Assembly: GCA_963706415.1 (NCBI GenBank) | Contig: OY970159.1 | Location: 3,540,895 to 3,604,894 of the forward strand | From: an uncultured Conexibacteraceae bacterium | GTDB taxonomy: Bacteria; Actinomycetota; Thermoleophilia; Solirubrobacterales; Solirubrobacteraceae | Length of the DNA stretch: 64,000 bases | Reading direction: 5' to 3' | Part shown: piece by piece, positions 9,006 through 17,716 of the stretch | How positions within the stretch are numbered: the first letter of the stretch is position 1 | How the letters are laid out: each line of letters starts with the position of its first letter | Notes under the pieces: generated by a model | Database searches by the model: none | What the model saw: the letters and a program-made list of their open reading frames with translations, nothing else | Told to the model about the DNA's origin: nothing | Made by a program: the position numbers and the translations under genes

Positions 9006-10595
9006 CTACGGCGCGAACTGCTCCAGCCCCAGCGCGATCGCCAGCGTCACCGTCGCGGCTACCAGCAGCCCCACGAGCTGTGGCAGCCCGCCGAGCCCGT
9101 AGTGCGCGACGATGCTCACCGGCAGCGTGCCGAGCACGATCGCCAGCACCGGAAACACGACGATCCAGCCGACGATGATCCCGGCGCTCATGCCGGTCTG
9201 GTCGCCGTAGGTCACCGACAGCAGGCTGGGCGGCAGCTGGCCCCCGCGGCGGCTGCTCAGCGCGGCGCAGAGGGTGACCGCCGGCGTCGCGGCCACCGCG
9301 AGCAGCGCGGCCGCGGCCCCATGGGGCGGAAGCCCGCCGGCGATCGCGCAGCTCACCGCCGCCACCACCGCGCCGACCATCACGACCACCGCCGGCACGA
9401 TCGCGTGCTGGGCCAGGACATGCCCCATCCGGGCACGCAGCAGGACCCGCGCGCGCCCCGGCTGGTCGGTCTCGGCCCGCAGCGGCTCCAGGAGCCGCGA
9501 GGCACCGACGTAGACCGCCAACGCGCCACCAGCGACCGCGGCCGGATGCTCGGCGTTGATCAGGCAGACGGCGGTCCCGCCCGCGGCGAGCACGAGCGCC
9601 TCGCCGAGACGCTGCGGCGTGGCCAGCACCGCGACCGCGTCGCGCCAGACGACCGCGAGCCGCGGCGAGCGCGGAGGCTTCAGCCGCGCGCCACGTCCGG
9701 CGGTCGGGCCTGCGTTGACGCCGCTGAGGCTGCGCCGCACGTAGCGCGCGTTCATGGAGTACAAGGCCGCGACGGCGCCGCCGCGCGCCTCGGCCCGCAG
9801 CATGTGGCGCTCGGTCGAGCAGCGGCCGCGGCGGGCGACGGCGAGCGCGACGACGAGCGCCGCGGCCACCGCCATCAAGGCGAGCGCGACCGGCCACGCG
9901 TCCGCGCCCGGTGCCAGCGGCTGGACCGCCCAGCCCCACGGCCCGCACCACAGCGCGACGCGGCGCCCGGTGCTCCCCGACCCACTGGCGACGGCCACCA
10001 GCGCGACGGCCGCGACGAAGACCGGCCAGCTCGCGCGCCGCGTCGCACGATCCCAGCGCGCCGATCCCGCGACCAGCGACGCGCCGGCAACGCCGAGCAG
10101 CCCGAGCAGCGCGATCGCGACGATGAACGCACCGGCCCGCTCGGCGTCCACCCCACGGTGGTGGCCGGCGACCCCGACCACGACGATCGCCGCGACCACC
10201 GCGGCGGCGCCGGTTCCCGCGATCAGCCCGCGGATCAAGCGGCCGATCACCAGCTCGCCGCGCCGCAGCGGCGCGCCGAGCAACTGGGCGACATCCGGGA
10301 TCGAGAAGACCACCGGACCCTGGACGGCACCCCAGCGCACCAGCGCCAGCAGACCCACCAGCGCGAGCGATGGCCCCCACGTCGCGACCGTGCGCGGCGT
10401 CGCGACCTCGGCCAGCGCCTCGCTCGCCGTGCCGTAGACGAACGGCCCGCCGATGGCCAGCGTGATGAAGACGTAGTAGGCCGGCTCCAACCGCTTCAAC
10501 AAGCTCGGCGGCGCCTGCACCATGCGCCAGAACGCCCGGATCTCGCGGACGGGCGTCCGCGCCGGGATCGGCCCGACGGCCGTCGCGCTAGGCAT
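9006..10595 (-). CDS. large polytopic membrane protein, putative membrane partner of the upstream ABC ATPase
   Basis: 529-aa ORF rich in Ala/Val/Leu/Gly with more than 10 hydrophobic segments. Its start overlaps the ATPase stop by 8 nt. I recognise no family motif. Confidence 0.7.
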   Translation of the reverse strand: MPSATAVGPIPARTPVREIRAFWRMVQAPPSLLKRLEPAYYVFITLAIGGPFVYGTASEALAEVATPRTVATWGPSLALVGLLALVRWGAVQGPVVFSIPDVAQLLGAPLRRGELVIGRLIRGLIAGTGAAAVVAAIVVVGVAGHHRGVDAERAGAFIVAIALLGLLGVAGASLVAGSARWDRATRRASWPVFVAAVALVAVASGSGSTGRRVALWCGPWGWAVQPLAPGADAWPVALALMAVAAALVVALAVARRGRCSTERHMLRAEARGGAVAALYSMNARYVRRSLSGVNAGPTAGRGARLKPPRSPRLAVVWRDAVAVLATPQRLGEALVLAAGGTAVCLINAEHPAAVAGGALAVYVGASRLLEPLRAETDQPGRARVLLRARMGHVLAQHAIVPAVVVMVGAVVAAVSCAIAGGLPPHGAAAALLAVAATPAVTLCAALSSRRGGQLPPSLLSVTYGDQTGMSAGIIVGWIVVFPVLAIVLGTLPVSIVAHYGLGGLPQLVGLLVAATVTLAIALGLEQFAP

Positions 10596-11310
10596 GCTCG
10601 GGCAGCCAGCCCCGCTGCGTCGCCCGCGCCCGAACCTCGCGCCACGGGCCCCGGTCGAGCACTTCGCCCTCCCCGAGCACGATCGCGCGGTCGGCGACGT
10701 CGTCGGCGAACGCCATCTGGTGGGTGGTCAGCAGGATCGCGGTCCCGGCGGCCTTCGCCTCCAGCAGCAGCTCGGCCAGCAGCCGCTGCGACGGCGGGTC
10801 GAGGCCGACGACCGGCTCGTCGAGCATCAGCAGCCGCGCCGGGCGGATCAGCGCACACGCCAGCCCGGTCTTCTGCTTGAGCCCACGCGACAGCTCGGTC
10901 GGCAGGAAGTCGGCGCGGTGGTCGAGGCCGAGGCGGACCAGCAGCGCGTCGATCCGCCCGTCGAGCCCCTCGTCGGCGACGCCGTGGGCCAGCGCGACGA
11001 GGGCCAGGTGCTGACGGACGGTGAGATCGTCGTAGAGCAGCGGCGCGTCGGGCACGAGCGCCAGCGCGGCGCGCGCGGACTCGGCCTCGGGCTCGGTGTG
11101 CGGGTCGTGGCCGCAGATGCGCACGGTCCCATCGCTGGGCTCCAGCAGCCCCGCGATCGTCCGGACCGCCGTCGACTTCCCGCTGCCGTTGGCGCCGATC
11201 AGCGCGACGCACTGGCCGCGCTTGAGATCGAGGTCGAGGCTCGCGAGCCCGACGAGCCGGCCGTAGCGGCGCGTCAGGCCGCGGACCTGCAGCGGAAGGT
11301 CGTCGGACAC
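10588..11310 (-). CDS. ABC transporter ATP-binding protein
   Basis: Walker A GANGSGKST, signature LSRGLKQK, Walker B LLMLDEPVVGLD. Confidence 0.9.
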   Translation of the reverse strand: MSDDLPLQVRGLTRRYGRLVGLASLDLDLKRGQCVALIGANGSGKSTAVRTIAGLLEPSDGTVRICGHDPHTEPEAESARAALALVPDAPLLYDDLTVRQHLALVALAHGVADEGLDGRIDALLVRLGLDHRADFLPTELSRGLKQKTGLACALIRPARLLMLDEPVVGLDPPSQRLLAELLLEAKAAGTAILLTTHQMAFADDVADRAIVLGEGEVLDRGPWREVRARATQRGWLPEHA

Positions 11311-11356
11311 GCGCGCAGTCTGACGATCAACCGCGTGCGGGGCGGGCGGGACAGCG

Positions 11357-11980
11357 TCAGCCTTCAGACGCCCCGCCGACGATCCACGGCGCGGGCGGCA
11401 GACCGATCACCGTGACCGGGGTCTTGTGCAACGGCCCGTCCGCCCACCCGCCCGACAGTAGGCCGTACACGTGGACGTCGAGCCGGCGGTCGCCGTGGCG
11501 ATGCCAGCCACGCAGCGTGCCCTCACGGGTGAAGCCGACACGCTCCAGCGCCGCGGCGCTGCGCGCGTTCTCGGGGTTGGAGTAGGCGCCGACGCGCTCC
11601 AGCCCGCAGATCGCGAGCGCGAGGTGCGTGATCAGCGCCTTGGACTCCGCGTTGGCGCCCGTGCCCCAATGCGCGCGCCCGAGCCATGTGCCGACCATCG
11701 CGCGGCGATCGCGGACGCTCAGCTCCGCGAGGCCGGTGACCCCGATCGGCCCGTGCTCGCGATCGTGGATGACGAAGTCCAGCTGCGTCCCGGCGTCGCG
11801 CTTGGCCGCCTGGGCGGCGATCCACGCCAGCGGCTCCTCCACGCTCGTGTATGGCCCCCACGAGAACCACCGCGTGACCTCGGGATCGCTCGCCAGCGCC
11901 AGGAGCGCCGGGGCGTCGTCGGGGTCGGGCAGGCGGAGGGTCGAGCTGCGGTCCACGAAGCTCCATCGGCACGGCATCAT
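11357..11980 (-). CDS. GNAT family N-acetyltransferase (RimJ/RimL-like)
   Basis: ORF 11357..12331 trimmed to ATG 11980 (MMPCRWSFVDRSSTLRLPDPDDAPALLALASDPEVTRWF). GTG at 11956 is an alternative start. The upstream part of the ORF is Arg/Ala-rich shadow. Confidence 0.85.
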   Translation of the reverse strand: MMPCRWSFVDRSSTLRLPDPDDAPALLALASDPEVTRWFSWGPYTSVEEPLAWIAAQAAKRDAGTQLDFVIHDREHGPIGVTGLAELSVRDRRAMVGTWLGRAHWGTGANAESKALITHLALAICGLERVGAYSNPENARSAAALERVGFTREGTLRGWHRHGDRRLDVHVYGLLSGGWADGPLHKTPVTVIGLPPAPWIVGGASEG

Positions 11981-11986
11981 GGCGAG

Positions 11987-12673
11987 ATGCTCGCGATCTT
12001 GTACGACGTGCACGGCAACCGGCCGGCGCTGGAGGCCGTCCTGGACGACGCGCATGACGCGGGTGCCGACCGCTTCCTGCTCGGCGGCGACTACGCGGCG
12101 TTCGGCGCGTGGCCCGTGGAATGCGTCGAGCTGCTGCGCGCGCTGGGCGACCGTGCGACGTGGATCCGCGGCAACTGGGAGCGCTGGCAGGCCGACCCCG
12201 ACGCGCTCCCCGACAGCCCGGTCACCCAGGGCGCCGCCCGCTGGGTCTGCGACCAGTTGGGCGACGAGCTGGTCGCCGAGCTGGCCGCGCTGCCGGCGCA
12301 GGCAATCGTCGGTGACACGCTCTTCGTGCACGGCTCACCGCTCTCCGACATCGAGACGTTCGGGCCCGAGCCCGACCCTGAGGGCGACGACCAGGCACTG
12401 GCCGGCGTCGGCCGGCGGCGCGTCGTCTTCGGCCACAGCCACCTGCAGTTCTCGCGCCGGACGCCGAGCGGCGTCGAGCTGGTCAACCCGGGCAGCGTCG
12501 GCGAGCCGTGGGACGGCGACGTGCGCGCGGCCTACGCGCTGCTCGACGACGACGACGCCGTCACGCTGCGCCGCGTGGCCTACGACGTCGAGGCCGCGGC
12601 GACGGCCGTCGAGCGCCTCGGCGATCCGCGGGCCACCATCACCGCCGAGCGTCTGCGGACCGCCCGCTTCTAG
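11987..12673 (+). CDS. metallophosphoesterase (YfcE/MJ0936-like)
   Basis: ORF 11471..12673 trimmed to ATG 11987 (MLAILYDVHGN). Motifs: DVHGN, GGDY, GNWE, VHGSP, FGHSH. Confidence 0.85.
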   Translation: MLAILYDVHGNRPALEAVLDDAHDAGADRFLLGGDYAAFGAWPVECVELLRALGDRATWIRGNWERWQADPDALPDSPVTQGAARWVCDQLGDELVAELAALPAQAIVGDTLFVHGSPLSDIETFGPEPDPEGDDQALAGVGRRRVVFGHSHLQFSRRTPSGVELVNPGSVGEPWDGDVRAAYALLDDDDAVTLRRVAYDVEAAATAVERLGDPRATITAERLRTARF

Positions 12674-13833
12674 GCCGAAGCCTGCTGCTGGCGCGGCGTG
12701 CCGGACGCCGCGGGCGTTCCGGGCGCCGTCGGCGCGTCGGGCAGCAGCGTGTGGAACGTGCTGCCCTGGCCTGGAGTCGACTCGACGTAGATGCGCCCGC
12801 CGTGGCGCTCGGCGATGCGGCGGCAGATCGCCAGCCCGATCCCGGTCCCCGCATAGGTATCGCGGCCGTGCAGCCGCGTGAACATCGCGAAGATGCGCTC
12901 CTGGTCGGCCTCGTCGATCCCGATGCCGTCGTCGGCCACGCTCACGACGCAGGCGCCCATCGTGCGCCGCGCCGCGATGTGGACCGTCGGCGGCCGACCG
13001 GGCTCGTGGAACTTGACCGCGTTGCCGATCAGGTTCTGCAGCAGCTGCCCGAGCTGCGTCGGCTCGGCCTCCAGCGTCGGGAGCTCGCCGACCTCGACCG
13101 TCGCCTCCGTCTCGGCGATCGCCGGGCCGAGCACCCGCAGGACATCGCCGACCAAGACCTGGAGATCGACCTGCTCGCGGCGCGGCTCCTCGTTGGCGAC
13201 CCGCGAGTAGGCCAGCAGATCGTCGATCAGGTGACGCATGCGCACCGCGCCGTCGCCGGCCTGGCGCAGGTACTCGCGCCCCTTCTCGTCGAGGTCGCCG
13301 CCACTGCGTCGCTCCAGCAGTCCGAGGAAGCTCGCGACCATGCGCAGCGGCTCGGAGAGATCATGGGAGGCGGTGTAGGCGAAGTCCTGCAGCTCGGCGT
13401 TGGTGTCCTGCAGGCGCGTGGCGCGCTGGGCCAGCTCGTGCTCCATCGCCAGCCGCTCGCTGACGTCGCGACCCACGATGTAGAAGGCCTCCTGGCCCGG
13501 GCCGCCACTCCACGCCATCCAGCGGATCGATCCGTCGGCGCAGACCATCCGGCAGACGTACTCGGCGATCGTCTCGCCGCGCGCCAGGCGCCCGATCTGC
13601 GCCTCGGTCTCGGCGCGATCCTCGGGATGGACGATCTCCAGATACGGCTTCGTCTCCATCGTCGCGCGCGGCCAGCCGAGCTGCTGCTCCCACGCGTCGT
13701 TGAAGTGCTTGAGCAGGCCGTCGAAGCCCGCTGCGGCCAGGAGATCTGGCGACATCGCGAACAAGCGCGTCAGGTGCCTCAGCTCGGCGGGATCGACGGG
13801 CGACGCTCCGATTGCCGTGTGCAGACGGTCCAT
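12670..13833 (-). CDS. PAS-domain sensor histidine kinase (no adjacent response regulator)
   Basis: ORF 12670..14247 trimmed to ATG 13833 (MDRLHTAIG). PAS region present. H-box ASHDLSEPLR, N-box NLIGNAVKF, G1 DDGIGI, G2 GTGIGLAI. Confidence 0.9.
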   Translation of the reverse strand: MDRLHTAIGASPVDPAELRHLTRLFAMSPDLLAAAGFDGLLKHFNDAWEQQLGWPRATMETKPYLEIVHPEDRAETEAQIGRLARGETIAEYVCRMVCADGSIRWMAWSGGPGQEAFYIVGRDVSERLAMEHELAQRATRLQDTNAELQDFAYTASHDLSEPLRMVASFLGLLERRSGGDLDEKGREYLRQAGDGAVRMRHLIDDLLAYSRVANEEPRREQVDLQVLVGDVLRVLGPAIAETEATVEVGELPTLEAEPTQLGQLLQNLIGNAVKFHEPGRPPTVHIAARRTMGACVVSVADDGIGIDEADQERIFAMFTRLHGRDTYAGTGIGLAICRRIAERHGGRIYVESTPGQGSTFHTLLPDAPTAPGTPAASGTPRQQQASA

Positions 13834-13906
13834 GTCCAGCTCCTCCGGCGCGCATCCTCTCACAGCGCGCCAAGCGACGAGCAAGGATCGTGATCCGGCA
13901 CATGGC

Positions 13907-14557
13907 ATGCTGAAGGCCATGGACGATGCCGAGGAACCCATCGACCTCGTCGCCTCCGTCGGGCCACTCGACGCGGTCGTCGAGACGCTGCGCGACGTGC
14001 TCCATCGCTCCGGCGCGTTGCGCGTCGCGGTCGTGGTCGACATGCCCGACGGACCGGCTGCGCTGGTCGACGTCGGTCGGCTCGCGCCGGTCGAGGTCCG
14101 GATCGCGGAGCGCACGATGCACCTCCCCCACGCCATCGAGCTGGAGGCCGAGTCACTGGCCGGTGAGATCCACCTGCGCCAGCTCCCGCCGTTCGAGGTC
14201 GAGCCCGAGACCGGCCAGGTGACCGGGACGCTCGGCGGCCTCGACATGCTGGCCGACGCGATGCGCGCGCTCGCCGACCTGCTCGGCGGCCGCAGCGTCG
14301 CGATCGCCGTCTACCAGACGATCACGCCCAACGTGGACCTCACGGTCACCGCGCGTCACGGCGAGTCAGTGCTCGTGACGCTCGGCGACCATGAGTGGGA
14401 GCTCCGCCGGACCGTTGAAGCTCAGCGCAGCTGCGCGGAGCTCAGCCCCAGCAGCTGGCGGGCGATGATCAGCAGCTGGATCTGCTGGGTGCCCTCGAAG
14501 ATGTCGAGGATCTTCGCGTCGCGGGCCCACTTCTCCAGCAGCAGCTCCTCGCCGTAG
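13907..14557 (+). CDS. hypothetical protein
   Basis: In-frame ATG at 13907 (MLKAMDDAEEPIDLV...) within ORF 13700..14557. No motif recognised. The last ~136 nt are antisense to the ACAD 3-prime end, so the 3-prime end is uncertain. Confidence 0.4.
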   Translation: MLKAMDDAEEPIDLVASVGPLDAVVETLRDVLHRSGALRVAVVVDMPDGPAALVDVGRLAPVEVRIAERTMHLPHAIELEAESLAGEIHLRQLPPFEVEPETGQVTGTLGGLDMLADAMRALADLLGGRSVAIAVYQTITPNVDLTVTARHGESVLVTLGDHEWELRRTVEAQRSCAELSPSSWRAMISSWICWVPSKMSRIFASRAHFSSSSSSP

Positions 14558-15637
14558 CCGAGCGTGCTCGCCAGGGCGACGCAGCGCAGCGCCACGTCGA
14601 CGCAGGTCCTGCCGGCCTTGGCCTTGGCCATCGATGCCTGCAGCGAGTTCGGCTTGCCGTTGTCGGCCATCCACGCGGCCTGCAGCGTCAGCAGGTAGGC
14701 GGCCTCGTAGTCGGCGTCCATCGCCAGGTAGTCGGCGGCCGCCGCGGTCTGCCGGGCGGCCGGGACGTCCCAGTCGACCTCGACGCCGGCGTCGGCCAGC
14801 AGGTCGCGCGTCGTCTCCAGGCAGGCGCGCGTCAGGCCGACGGCCATCGCGGCGACCAGCGGCCGCGTGTTGTCGAAGGTCTGCATCGCGCCCGCGAAGC
14901 CGTTGGTGACCTCGATGCCGGGCGGACCCAGGAGGTTCTCCTTGGGCACGCGGCAGTCCTGGAGCGTGAACGCCGCGGTGTCCGACGCGCGGATGCCGAG
15001 CTTGTGCTCGAGACGGTCGAGCTTGAGCCCCGGGTTGGAGCGCTCGACCACGAACGACTTGATCGCCGCCGCGCCCGAGTGAGCGGTCAAGCGTCGCCCA
15101 GACGACCACCAGATCGGCGCGCTCGCCGGCCGTCACGTAGATCTTCTCGCCGTTGAGGACGTAGTCCTCGCCGTCGAGGACCGCGGTGGTGCGGATCGCG
15201 GCGCTGTCGCTGCCCGCTTCCGGCTCGGTGATCGCCATCGCCGCCCACTGGCCGGCGAAGCGCTCGAGCTGCTCGTCGTCGGCGACCGAGGCGATCGCCG
15301 AGTTGCCCAGGCCCTGGCGCGGGACCGAGAGCAGCAGGCCGACGTCGCCACGGCAGAGCTCCATGATCGACAGCGCCGTCGAGAGGTTCGACCCGTTGCG
15401 ATTGCCCTGAGGACCGTCCTCGTTGGCCGAGCGGCGCACGCCGGCGGCGCCGGCACCGCCCATGTCGCTGCCGTCGTTCATCCCGTCGATGAGCGCGGCG
15501 AGCATGTCCAGCTCGACGGGCCGCGCGTGCTCCTCGCGGTCGTACTTGCGCGAGATCGGCCGGAAGACCTCGTCGGCGACCTGGCGTGCCTGGGCCACGA
15601 GCGGGCCGAACTTGCGGGGGACTTCGAGGTTGATCAT
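14422..15637 (-). pseudogene. acyl-CoA dehydrogenase, second of an adjacent pair, interrupted by a 1-nt frameshift (or assembly indel)
   Basis: The N-terminal 187 aa (MINLEVPRKFGPLVAQARQV...ITEPEAGSDSAA...VVVWATLDRSLGR) sit in the frame of ORF 14366..16033. The C-terminal 217 aa (AAIKSFVVERSNPGLKL...ILDIFEGTQQIQ) sit in the frame of ORF 14422..15090. The junction is about 15064-15075. Confidence 0.8.
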
Positions 15638-16959
15638 CAGACGACCAGGACGCCTTCCATGAGGCCGGTGGCCCGCAGGTCGCGGTACCAGCGTTCGACG
15701 GGATGCTCGGCGATGTAGCCCGCGCCACCGAGCAGCTGCACGCCCTCGGAGCCGATCTGCATGCCCTTCTGGGTGGCCAGCGAGCGTGCGAGCGCGGCCT
15801 CGCGCGAGAAGTCGGCCTCGGCGTCGGCACGCGCCGCCGCACGCAGCGCGACGAGCCGCAGCCCCTCCAGCTCGACCGCGATGTCGGCGACCGAGAAGGC
15901 CACCGCCTGGCGGTGGCTGACCGGCTCGCCGAACGCGATGCGCTCGTTGACATAGGGGATGACGTAGTCCAGGACCGCCCGGCCCACCCCGGCGGCGATC
16001 GCCGCCCAGGCCAGCCGCGAGCGTGCGACGCACTCGGCGAAGACCTTGGGATCCGCCGCGCCGAGCAGCGCGCCGCGGCTCACCGCGACGTCCTCCAGCC
16101 GCACACGACCCAGCGCGGCCCCGCGCAGGCCCATGGCCGGATCGGCCTTGACGTGCACGCCGCCCTTCGACGGCTCGACGAGGAACAGCCCGGGGCCGGC
16201 GCCCTCGATGTGCGCGGCGACGATCAGCAGCTCGGCATCCTCGGCGCGCGGCACGAACGTCTTGGTGCCCGACAGCACGTAGCCGCTGCCGGGGACCGGA
16301 CGCGCGACGGTCTGCAACTGCCGGGGATCGAAGAGCGCGCGCGGCTCGGCGATCGCCAGCGCGGCGGCCGGGACGTCCTCGCCGACGAGCGCGGGCAGGT
16401 AGGTCGCCTGCTGGTCGGCGTCGCCCCAGAGCGCGAGCGCGGTCGCAACCGCGGCGGGCGCGAGCGCGCCGACGGCCAGCCCGGCGTCGCCGTGGGCCAG
16501 CGTCTCGGCGGCCAGCACCGCCGTCACCGCGGAGCGCTCGCTGATCGCCCCACCCAGCTCCTCGGGAACGCCGAGCATCGTGAGGCCGAGCTCGTTGGCC
16601 TCGGCGAAGATCTCCTTGGCGCCCTCGCCGCGCTCGGCCGCCGCGGCGGCGGGCCGCAGCCGCGCCGAGGCGAAGTCACGCCACGCCTCGACGAGCATCT
16701 GCTGCTCGTCATCGAGCGTGAGGTCGAAGAGGCCGGTGCCGCCGGCCGACGAGGGCCGCGGACGGGCCGGGCGGCCCAGCCGCGTGCCGGCGGCGAAGGT
16801 GCGACCGGCACGGCCGGCGACCTTGAAGCCGTCGCGCGTGGCGCGGTAGAGGACGCGCTCGGCGGGCTTGCGGACGCCGAGGCGGTCGACGACGTCCGAG
16901 CCCGCGATGCGGGTCAGCGCGCGCAGGCCGAGGGCCATTGAGCGATCGGCGGCGGTCAT
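15637..16959 (-). CDS. acyl-CoA dehydrogenase family protein with ~70-aa N-terminal extension
   Basis: ORF 15637..17067 trimmed to ATG 16959 (MTAADRSMALG), which forms an ATGA overlap with the TetR stop. ACAD fold pattern present (DDEQQML..., AIAEP, C-terminal GGAGYIAEHPVERWYRDLR). Confidence 0.85.
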   Translation of the reverse strand: MTAADRSMALGLRALTRIAGSDVVDRLGVRKPAERVLYRATRDGFKVAGRAGRTFAAGTRLGRPARPRPSSAGGTGLFDLTLDDEQQMLVEAWRDFASARLRPAAAAAERGEGAKEIFAEANELGLTMLGVPEELGGAISERSAVTAVLAAETLAHGDAGLAVGALAPAAVATALALWGDADQQATYLPALVGEDVPAAALAIAEPRALFDPRQLQTVARPVPGSGYVLSGTKTFVPRAEDAELLIVAAHIEGAGPGLFLVEPSKGGVHVKADPAMGLRGAALGRVRLEDVAVSRGALLGAADPKVFAECVARSRLAWAAIAAGVGRAVLDYVIPYVNERIAFGEPVSHRQAVAFSVADIAVELEGLRLVALRAAARADAEADFSREAALARSLATQKGMQIGSEGVQLLGGAGYIAEHPVERWYRDLRATGLMEGVLVV

Positions 16960-17624
16960 CGGCGGACACCGCCCTTCTCGGCCGCGCCGGCCATCAGGCC
17001 GGGCTCGACGGTCGCGATCATCAGATTCGCGGCGTCCCGTGCCGACATCGCGTCGGTGCGCAGCCACCAGCGCGCCAGCGCCTCGGCGGCGGCCATCACC
17101 ATGACCGAGGTGCCCTCGATCACCGCGCGTGAGCCGGTCCGGCGGTGCGGTGGCATCACCGCGACGGTGGCCAGCGCCACCATCTCCAGCAGCCGCTCGC
17201 GATAGGCCGCGACGACCGCGGCGATCTCGCCCGACTGCGGCACGGTCTCGTCGAACAGCACGCGCCAGGCGTCGCGGTCGCGGTCGACGAAGTCGAAGAA
17301 GGCGATGACGCCCAGGCGAACCGCCTCTGCCGGCGTGCTCGCACGCTCGACGGCGGTGGCGACCGCGGCGATCAACGCGTCGCCGGCCGGCGCCATGCAG
17401 GCCTCGTACAGCCGCTCCTTGTTCCCGAAGTAGGCGTACAACAAGGGCTTCTTGACGCCGACCTCCAGCGCGATGTCCTCCATCGTCACGGCAGCGAAGC
17501 CACGACGGGCGAACTGCTCGTGCGCAACACGGAGGACTTGCTGCTCCCGGTCGGCGCGGGAAAGGCGGCGGCGTGGGGAAGCATCGCCCGCGCCGGCGGT
17601 CAAACGGTCATCGGCTCTCGTCAT
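16956..17624 (-). CDS. TetR/AcrR family transcriptional regulator
   Basis: HTH region REQQVLRVAHEQFARRGFAAVTMEDIALEVGVKKPLLYAYFGNKERLY. Confidence 0.9.
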   Translation of the reverse strand: MTRADDRLTAGAGDASPRRRLSRADREQQVLRVAHEQFARRGFAAVTMEDIALEVGVKKPLLYAYFGNKERLYEACMAPAGDALIAAVATAVERASTPAEAVRLGVIAFFDFVDRDRDAWRVLFDETVPQSGEIAAVVAAYRERLLEMVALATVAVMPPHRRTGSRAVIEGTSVMVMAAAEALARWWLRTDAMSARDAANLMIATVEPGLMAGAAEKGGVRR

Positions 17625-17659
17625 CGAGCCGGGGACCGTAGCGGTTTATTTATACGTCG

Positions 17660-17676
17660 GTCAACTGGCCGTTGAC
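17660..17676. promoter_or_regulatory. perfect 6-5-6 palindrome GTCAAC-N5-GTTGAC, candidate TetR operator, next to an AT-rich -10-like tract
   Basis: gtcaactggccgttgac at 17660-17676, with tttatttata at 17645-17654. This is the only AT-rich stretch in the 92-nt spacer upstream of the TetR start at 17624. Confidence 0.4.
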
Positions 17677-17716
17677 GTTCGGACGACAGTCGCGAGACGG
17701 ACGTGTCTCCAGACGG

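Noticed and set aside
17691-17710. A stem gagac...gtctc after the P450 stop as an intrinsic terminator.
   Set aside because: It has only 5 bp plus one G-U pair, with no U-tract. This is too weak to call.
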